From positions 1 through 11,892 of the forward strand of contig CAYHYM010000015.1 in assembly GCA_964360965.1 (NCBI GenBank): a stretch of 11,892 nucleotides of DNA, in the 5' to 3' direction. The notes beneath the pieces are model-generated. The model saw only the letters and a program-made list of their open reading frames with translations, was not told the origin of the DNA and ran no database searches. Positions 6,387 through 11,892 of this stretch are shown here, piece by piece (within the stretch, counting starts at the first letter, position 1; each line of letters starts with the position of its first letter). Position numbers and translations under genes: made by a program. The DNA comes from an uncultured Gammaproteobacteria bacterium. Lineage in GTDB: Bacteria; Patescibacteriota; Microgenomatia; Daviesbacterales; UBA10151.

Positions 6387-7093
6387 TATATTGATAATAT
6401 CTTAAATTTTGGCAAAAGTCTAGCTATCAAATTGCCCAGCAACAAAGAGATGATCAAGGAGTCAAAAGTCAGCATATTTTTAAAAATTAAATACATCACT
6501 GCCACAGCAAATCCGTAAAGCAGTCCCGGTTTAACCCGGGCAGGTGAAGTTTTAGGCTCTATCAGCATCACAGAAGTAAAAAAAAGCAGCGATGATGAGG
6601 TTAAGATACCAATTCCCTCCAGTGCAACTAAGGGTAATATGAAACCGGCTATCGGGGCCCATCTTTTTAATTTATACATCAGAATAGGTATCCAAATTAA
6701 AAAAATTGCCCAATGCACTCCACCTGCCCACCAGGAAGGATATGAAGAAAAAAAGATCTGCCCTAAAAAAAGACCGGAGGCTGCCGGATTAAAGATATGA
6801 CCTCCGTCAAGTTTGATTAAAAATTTAACAGCCATCGCCAAAAAACCGATTAAGAAAAGAGTTGGGGGCTTTTCTAAAAATTGGGCAGTAAGCCCAATAA
6901 TCAATCCCGAAATTGCCACAGAGGGGGAAAATGCCCATCTTTTTGTTTCCAAAAAATCAAACACCATCCCAAATGCAACTGTTGCCAAAACAGCAGGTAT
7001 TGTTTGCCAAAGGACTTTTTCCACCCCAAAAAAGACAAAACCAATAGCATACAGAGTAAGTAAAAACGCAGTGAGAAGTTGATATATGCTCAC
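6386..7093 (-). CDS. truncated RnfD/NqrB-family-like polytopic membrane protein
   Basis: 235 aa with about 7 TM segments. GGHIFNPAASGLFLG resembles the conserved (H)xFNPA motif of RnfD/NqrB. FFTSVMLIEPKTSP resembles their FFMxTDPxTxP motif. I see no S/TGAT covalent-FMN motif, and it is about 100 aa shorter than canonical RnfD. The start is GTG 7093 and is uncertain. Assignment is from motif recall only. Confidence 0.6.
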   Translation of the reverse strand: MSIYQLLTAFLLTLYAIGFVFFGVEKVLWQTIPAVLATVAFGMVFDFLETKRWAFSPSVAISGLIIGLTAQFLEKPPTLFLIGFLAMAVKFLIKLDGGHIFNPAASGLFLGQIFFSSYPSWWAGGVHWAIFLIWIPILMYKLKRWAPIAGFILPLVALEGIGILTSSSLLFFTSVMLIEPKTSPARVKPGLLYGFAVAVMYLIFKNMLTFDSLIISLLLGNLIARLLPKFKILSI

Positions 7094-7099
7094 AAAACC

Positions 7100-7108
7100 A
7101 TTCTAACA
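7100..7108 (-). promoter_or_regulatory. extended -10 (TGTTAGAAT) for the minus-strand five-gene operon
   Basis: The reverse complement of 7100-7108 is TGTTAGAAT. It is followed by GGTTTT and then the GTG start at 7093 (6-nt gap, no SD). There is no good -35. Confidence 0.3.
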
Positions 7109-7133
7109 AAATCGTCATCAATAAAACACCAAC

Positions 7134-7162
7134 TTGACCCAACTTAATTACTCTGTTAAGGT
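7134..7162 (+). promoter_or_regulatory. sigma70-like promoter for the sensory operon (TTGACC, 17 nt, TGT-TAAGGT)
   Basis: TTGACC at 7134-7139, a 17-nt spacer, a TG-extended -10 TAAGGT at 7157-7162, then 7 nt to ATG 7170. The AAGG inside the -10 could alternatively act as a weak SD. Confidence 0.35.
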
Positions 7163-7169
7163 ATTGTTA

Positions 7170-8198
7170 ATGCCCAAAGGATTCATCTCTCCTTTTTTAA
7201 TAATACTGATTGTTGTTCTGGCAGTGACCTCAGCTTACTTTTTCTTACTCCTTCCCAAAAAGGAAACCTTAAATCTTCATCAGATGAGCGATGTTGATCA
7301 CAAGAAAAAGATGCACAAAGTGGCAGTTTTGATAGGACAAGACGCTCATGCTCCTGCTTTTTTGGGTTTTAAGGAAAAAATGACCCAACTTGGATATATT
7401 GAAGGAAGCAATATCTCCTATCAGGTCTTAAATGGCAAGGGAGATGCCAAACTGGTTGAAAAATATGCTGAGGAGTTAGTTTCTCAAAATCCAGAGATAA
7501 TTGTCACCTCTTCCACATCTGCCACCAAACCTGTCATTAAACTTACCAAACAAATTCCCATTGTTTTTTTGGCCTCAGGCAATGTGGAGGAGCTGGTTGA
7601 GCATCAACCTTTCTCTGGCACCAATGTCACTGGTATCGCCTCAGCAGAAACAGACATCACAGGCAAAAGACTGGAATCTCTCCTGCAGCTTAAGCCTGAT
7701 ATGAAAAGGGTTGGTCTTGTATATAATCCCACCACCAATGCTTATAAAAAGGCTTACAATTTAGCCTACGATGCTGCCCCAAAAATCGGTTTGCAACTGA
7801 TTGATATACCTGTTGCAAGTATTGAAGAATCAACCAAAACATCACCAACACTTGCTCAAAAAAAATTAGATGCCATTCTGCTTCTTCCTACCGGAGGTAT
7901 CACAACTATTGCTGAACCACTAGTTAAGAGCGCCACACAACAAAAAATTCTCTCCTCCTGCGCCACTGAGGAAGCAATCAAAAATGGTTGCATGACAGGA
8001 TTGGTATCCAATCTAAAATCCATGGGGGTTCAGGGCGCAAGTATGGTGGACAGGATCTTTCAGGGAATGAAACCTTCGGAGATTGCCATTGAAAATGCCT
8101 TAACTTCAAACTTTGTTATAAACCTTAACACCGTCAAGAGTATGAATCTTAAGATTGCTCAAACGGTTTTAGAATCTGCAGACAAGCTGATCGAATGA
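7170..8198 (+). CDS. membrane-anchored ABC-transporter-type substrate-binding protein (ABC_sub_bind / PF04392-like), likely sensor accessory
   Basis: I prefer the internal ATG 7170 (MPKGFISPFLIILIVVLAVTSAYFF, a TM anchor) over the track's TTG 7134. KVAVLIG...AFLGFKEKMTQLGYIEGSNISYQVL...AEELVSQNPEIIVTSSTSATKPVIKLTKQIPIVFLASG...GTNVTGIAS follows the pattern I recall for this family. No permease or ATPase genes are adjacent. Its stop overlaps the kinase ATG (ATGA at 8195-8198). Confidence 0.8.
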   Translation: MPKGFISPFLIILIVVLAVTSAYFFLLLPKKETLNLHQMSDVDHKKKMHKVAVLIGQDAHAPAFLGFKEKMTQLGYIEGSNISYQVLNGKGDAKLVEKYAEELVSQNPEIIVTSSTSATKPVIKLTKQIPIVFLASGNVEELVEHQPFSGTNVTGIASAETDITGKRLESLLQLKPDMKRVGLVYNPTTNAYKKAYNLAYDAAPKIGLQLIDIPVASIEESTKTSPTLAQKKLDAILLLPTGGITTIAEPLVKSATQQKILSSCATEEAIKNGCMTGLVSNLKSMGVQGASMVDRIFQGMKPSEIAIENALTSNFVINLNTVKSMNLKIAQTVLESADKLIE

Positions 8199-10504
8199 AA
8201 GCTAAACTTCGGTTCAAAATCACCATTCTTTTTATCGCTGTTGCATTACTTCCCATTTTATTTGGAGGACTGTTGATTTTAAACAGGGCTCAAGAGAACC
8301 AATTACACCACATCAGGATAATGCAGCTTGACTTTATTCAAAGAGCTACCGAAGTCATCCAAAACAATATCAATCACCAGTTTGATGACTTTGAACAAAT
8401 CCCAGTTTCGGATCTGTCTTCTGAGAACAAAACAGTTGATTTTGAGGAGAAAAGGAAAAAGGTTTTAAACCAGCTACTCAAGATTAACAACGCACTTTTG
8501 GAAGTATCATTTGTCAACAACCAGGGCCTTCAGGAAGTTAAGCTCTCAAAACACCAGGTTATCAGCAAAGAAGATTTGGTTAATTTCAACCAAGATCCAA
8601 GATATCCCCAAATGCTTAATAATCCCAGGCAACTTTTTTTCTCATTTGACTTATCAAATCGGCCTGTTTTTACTCTATCACTTAAGCTCTATGATCAAAG
8701 AAGGCAATTTCAGGGGTTACTTTTGGCTCAGATTGATCCACAACTTCATAAAGTGGTTGAGAAAATCAAAGTCGGAATCACCGGGGAGGCATATATTGTG
8801 TCAAAAGAGGGTTTGGTGGTAGCCCATAAAAATCCCAGATTCACTCAACAAAAACAAGATTTTTCCCAGTTTTGTCCGGTTCAAAACTTCATAGGGGGCC
8901 ATGTTGATTCTGACAGTGCTGAATGCAGGTATAAAAATTATGCAGGAATAGAGGCGTTGGGAGCATTTCTGCCTATCTTATATACATCTTCGGTTGAAGA
9001 AAATACTCAATCTGTAACTTTATTGGCCGCTGTGACTGAGTGGCCAACCTCTGAGGCCTTACAAATTGTCACCACCTTACAAAATCTTATTGTAGGCATT
9101 TTGATTGCTGCAGCTGTTTTGTCCGTGGTGGCAGGAATACTTTTATCTCTCCAAATTGTCAACCCAATTGAAAAGCTGCAACAAGGAGCAAAACTAATTG
9201 GAGGAGGGCAATTAGATTACAGAATAGATATCAAAAGCGGAGATGAAATTGAAGATCTTGGTTCTTCCTTTAACACCATGGCAGAAAATTTAAGGCTGGA
9301 ATTTCAAAGGCAGCAACAAACTACCAGACTACTGCTTCGGCGTGATATAGAACTTAGAGAGATCAATGAGGAGTTGGAAAAAGAAAAACAACAAATCGTT
9401 GCTGAAAGAAATAAACTGGCGATAGTTCTATCGGGTGTGACCGATGCCGTCATCGCGGTGGATTTACATCGGCAAATTTTAATTTTTAATAAGGCCGCAG
9501 AAAATCTAACCGGGTATAGCGCCTATGAAGTGGTCGGTCAGGAAATTGAACAAGTTATCAAAATTTATGACGAAAATGGTCAAATTTCCCCCATCAATTA
9601 TTGTCCGATCCAACCTGTCGGCCTTGAGGGATCAACCTTTGCCAAAAAAGAACTCAAAATTATGGGAAAAGAAGAGAAGGAGAGTTTTGCCAATGTCTGG
9701 GCCGGACAAATCAAGGAAGGCCAAACCGCCAATATCGGTTGTATTTTAACTTTGCATGATGTCACTGCCGAACAACAGTTGGAAATAATGAAACTTGATT
9801 TTGTGTCCATGGCAGCCCATGAGCTTCGTTCACCCTTAACATCCATCAGAGGATATTTATCTGTTTTGATTGAGGAGGTCCAAGAAAAACTAACTGTAGA
9901 GCAAAAATCATTTTTAAACCGGATCAATATTGCCACCATCCAACTAGTGGCACTGGTGGAAAATCTGCTTAATGTTTCCCGCATTGAAAGAGGAATATTA
10001 ACTGTTAATCTGGAGGTTTCTGATTGGTTGGATTTGGTTCGCCAGTCTGTGGCTGATTTTGCAGACAGAGCCAAAGAAAAGAGTCTATCTTTGCAGTTTA
10101 TTGAACCAATCCAGCCTGCACCAAAAGTTTTGGCTGATAAATTAAGAATTGGGGAAGTGTTGTCTAATCTTTTATCTAATGCCATCAACTACACTCAAGC
10201 TGGAGGTCAAATTACAGTCTCTCTTGCGCAAAAAGATCAAGATGTCATCACTCATATCAAAGACACTGGTCAGGGTATACCACAAGATGCCATCCCTTAC
10301 CTTTTTACTAAATTTTTCAGAGTTTCAGGTAGCCTTGAACGAGGTAGTAAAGGCACAGGTTTGGGGCTTTATATTGCCAAATCAATCATTGATCTTCACC
10401 ATGGTAAAATCTGGGTTAACTCAGAGGAGGGCAGAGGATCAACTTTCAGTTTCTCTCTTCCTGTAGTTGAAGATTCTATTGACAAGATTGCTAAATTGGG
10501 ATAG
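8195..10504 (+). CDS. sensor histidine kinase: TM, Cache-like periplasmic domain, TM, HAMP, coiled coil, PAS, HisKA, HATPase_c
   Basis: 769 aa. It has two TM segments flanking a ~270-aa extracytoplasmic domain with the Cache-like GEAYIVSKEGLVVAH. HAMP region is PIEKLQQGAKLIGGG...EIEDLGSSFNTMAENL. PAS region is LSGVTDAVIAVDLHRQILIFNKAAENLTGYSAYEVVGQ. The H-box is MAAHELRSPLTSIRGY (His codon 9818-9820). N box is LLSNAINYT, G1 is DTGQGI and G2 is GTGLGL. Confidence 0.9.
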   Translation: MKAKLRFKITILFIAVALLPILFGGLLILNRAQENQLHHIRIMQLDFIQRATEVIQNNINHQFDDFEQIPVSDLSSENKTVDFEEKRKKVLNQLLKINNALLEVSFVNNQGLQEVKLSKHQVISKEDLVNFNQDPRYPQMLNNPRQLFFSFDLSNRPVFTLSLKLYDQRRQFQGLLLAQIDPQLHKVVEKIKVGITGEAYIVSKEGLVVAHKNPRFTQQKQDFSQFCPVQNFIGGHVDSDSAECRYKNYAGIEALGAFLPILYTSSVEENTQSVTLLAAVTEWPTSEALQIVTTLQNLIVGILIAAAVLSVVAGILLSLQIVNPIEKLQQGAKLIGGGQLDYRIDIKSGDEIEDLGSSFNTMAENLRLEFQRQQQTTRLLLRRDIELREINEELEKEKQQIVAERNKLAIVLSGVTDAVIAVDLHRQILIFNKAAENLTGYSAYEVVGQEIEQVIKIYDENGQISPINYCPIQPVGLEGSTFAKKELKIMGKEEKESFANVWAGQIKEGQTANIGCILTLHDVTAEQQLEIMKLDFVSMAAHELRSPLTSIRGYLSVLIEEVQEKLTVEQKSFLNRINIATIQLVALVENLLNVSRIERGILTVNLEVSDWLDLVRQSVADFADRAKEKSLSLQFIEPIQPAPKVLADKLRIGEVLSNLLSNAINYTQAGGQITVSLAQKDQDVITHIKDTGQGIPQDAIPYLFTKFFRVSGSLERGSKGTGLGLYIAKSIIDLHHGKIWVNSEEGRGSTFSFSLPVVEDSIDKIAKLG

Positions 10505-10515
10505 TCTTTAGAATA

Positions 10516-11703
10516 ATGGCAATTCTGGTAGGTGTCGGGGCATCTCAAAAAAAGGATCCTCAAGAGGCAATAGAGGAAGCCTTTAGCCAAGCGTCAAGCG
10601 GACTTTCAAATAATGCTCCCATCTTTATGACTCTTTTTGCTTCTCCCACAGTTTATGATCAACAGACTCTGCTGAAGACACTAAAAAGTAAAGCTCCCAA
10701 CGCAGTTATCATTGGCTGTAGTACGGCCGGAGAGATTACTTCTACCGCTGGCTCTTTAGATAGTTCTGTAGCTTTGATGGCTATCTACTCAGACACAATG
10801 AAGTTTATTCCCGGTGTAGGTTATAACATTCATCAAGATGCCAGGCAGGCTGGAAGAGGGTTGGGAGAAAGTATCTTAAAAACAGGAGGGGGAAAGCCCA
10901 AAGCCGGCCTGATTTTACCAGATGGGCTGGCAGGTAATGGAGCTGATGTGGTAAGAGGAGTGTTAGACGTCCTTGGTCAAGATTTCATGTTGGCAGGTGG
11001 AGCTGCGGGAGATGACTATTTATTTAAGCAGACTTTCGAATATCTTGATGATCAGGCGCTTAGCGGGGCAGTGGTAGGGGTAGGTCTTTATGGAGATTTT
11101 AGTTTTGGGATTGGGGTAAGACATGGTTGGATTCCCATTGGCATACCCAGAACAGCCACCAAATCAAAAGGAAATATCCTCTATGAACTTGACCATAAGC
11201 CGGCAATTGAGTTTTATGAGGATCATTTTGGCAAAGACAAAAGCCCGATTGATAAAAATGAACCCCTCGCCAGACTGGCTATTACTTATCCTATGGGTAT
11301 TCCTGCCCCCAATAAAGACGGCTATCTGATCAGAGACCCAATTACAGTAGATGATGCCGGAGCCATCACCTGCGCCGCAGAGATTCCAGAAGGCTCTGAA
11401 GTATATATTATGATTGGCAGCAAAGATGAAGCTATTGATGCTGCGGCTGATGCAGCCAATAAAGCACTGGCCGCAGTCTCTGGAAAAAAAGTAAAAGCAG
11501 TGTTTCTTTTTAATTGTATAGCTCGCAAAAAACTGCTGATGTCTAGAAAACAAGAAGAGATAGACACCATTAGAAAAGTAATTGGGCAAGATGTACCTTT
11601 AATAGGCTTTTACACTTATGGAGAACAAGCGCCTTTGGGTGGAGAAATTATCACTTGTTCATTTCATAATGAAACTGATGTCATCTTTGTACTGGCCGAA
11701 TGA
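10516..11703 (+). CDS. stand-alone FIST-domain protein (FIST_N + FIST_C; NosP-like candidate sensor)
   Basis: 395 aa. Characteristic FIST motifs are IIGCSTAGEI in the N-terminal half and LFNCIARKKLL ... IGFYTYGEQAP in the C-terminal half. It starts 11 nt after the kinase stop, so it is probably co-transcribed. Confidence 0.85.
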   Translation: MAILVGVGASQKKDPQEAIEEAFSQASSGLSNNAPIFMTLFASPTVYDQQTLLKTLKSKAPNAVIIGCSTAGEITSTAGSLDSSVALMAIYSDTMKFIPGVGYNIHQDARQAGRGLGESILKTGGGKPKAGLILPDGLAGNGADVVRGVLDVLGQDFMLAGGAAGDDYLFKQTFEYLDDQALSGAVVGVGLYGDFSFGIGVRHGWIPIGIPRTATKSKGNILYELDHKPAIEFYEDHFGKDKSPIDKNEPLARLAITYPMGIPAPNKDGYLIRDPITVDDAGAITCAAEIPEGSEVYIMIGSKDEAIDAAADAANKALAAVSGKKVKAVFLFNCIARKKLLMSRKQEEIDTIRKVIGQDVPLIGFYTYGEQAPLGGEIITCSFHNETDVIFVLAE

Positions 11704-11839
11704 TGGCTCTTTCAAATTTCAAATTTTTCCACCTCCTTTCATATATTTATCAGTTTTTTGTACATACTTTGTCAATACCAAAAATGGTCATTGATCATCC
11801 ATTTGTTAAAAATGAGGCTAAGTTCGAGTAAGAACTATC

Positions 11840-11892
11840 TGGCTCCCCCGAGAGGATTCGGACCTCTAACCTAGTCATTAACAGTGACCCGC
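11840..11892 (-). tRNA. tRNA-Asn (anticodon GTT), 3' ~53 nt only; the 5' part lies beyond the right window edge
   Basis: The reverse complement reads ..GGTCA-CTGTTAA-TGACT (anticodon arm; U33, anticodon GUU, A37), AGGTT (variable loop), AGAGG-TCCGAAT-CCTCT (T arm), CGGGGGA (acceptor 3' strand), G (discriminator) and CCA (encoded). The T loop has C where the near-universal U55 is expected. Confidence 0.8.

Noticed and set aside
11701-11708. Possible third partial copy of the repeat (TGATGGCT) at the FIST gene stop
   Set aside because: Only 8 nt match and the flanks diverge immediately. This is chance level for this window size.
11785-11803. Hairpin ATGGTCATTGATCATCCAT as a terminator between the FIST gene and the tRNA
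   Set aside because: Only a 4-bp stem (ATGG/CCAT) with an 11-nt loop. It is too weak to call an intrinsic terminator on either strand.

Overview
Gene-dense bacterial window using the standard code (TGA is a stop), with many overlapping or abutting start and stop codons. The lineage may be a small-genome uncultivated one such as CPR/Patescibacteria, but that is inference only.

Contents, left to right:
1. The first 576 codons of a VirD4/TraG-like type IV coupling-protein ATPase on the minus strand. It runs off the left edge, so it has no stop in the window and is missing from the ORF track. A translationally coupled 108-aa acidic ORF precedes it.
2. A stand-alone FNR-like FAD/NAD(P) oxidoreductase.
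3. A 1152-bp single-gene insertion carrying an orphan P-loop NTPase. It is bracketed by a perfect 30-bp direct repeat (2764-2793 and 3946-3975). The repeat duplicates the junction where the oxidoreductase gene and a convergent receiver gene would otherwise overlap tail to tail.
4. A tightly packed five-gene minus-strand operon: truncated RnfD/NqrB-like membrane protein, cupredoxin, PAP2 phosphatase, thioredoxin reductase, CheY-like receiver.
5. A divergent plus-strand sensory operon: membrane-anchored ABC-type substrate-binding protein, Cache-HAMP-PAS histidine kinase, stand-alone FIST (NosP-like) protein.
6. The 3' two-thirds of a tRNA-Asn(GUU) at the right edge.

The best candidates for something new are the repeat-bracketed single-gene cassette and the sensory/redox supercluster, which has no DNA-binding output in the window. 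No CRISPR array, IS element, transposase or integrase is visible.
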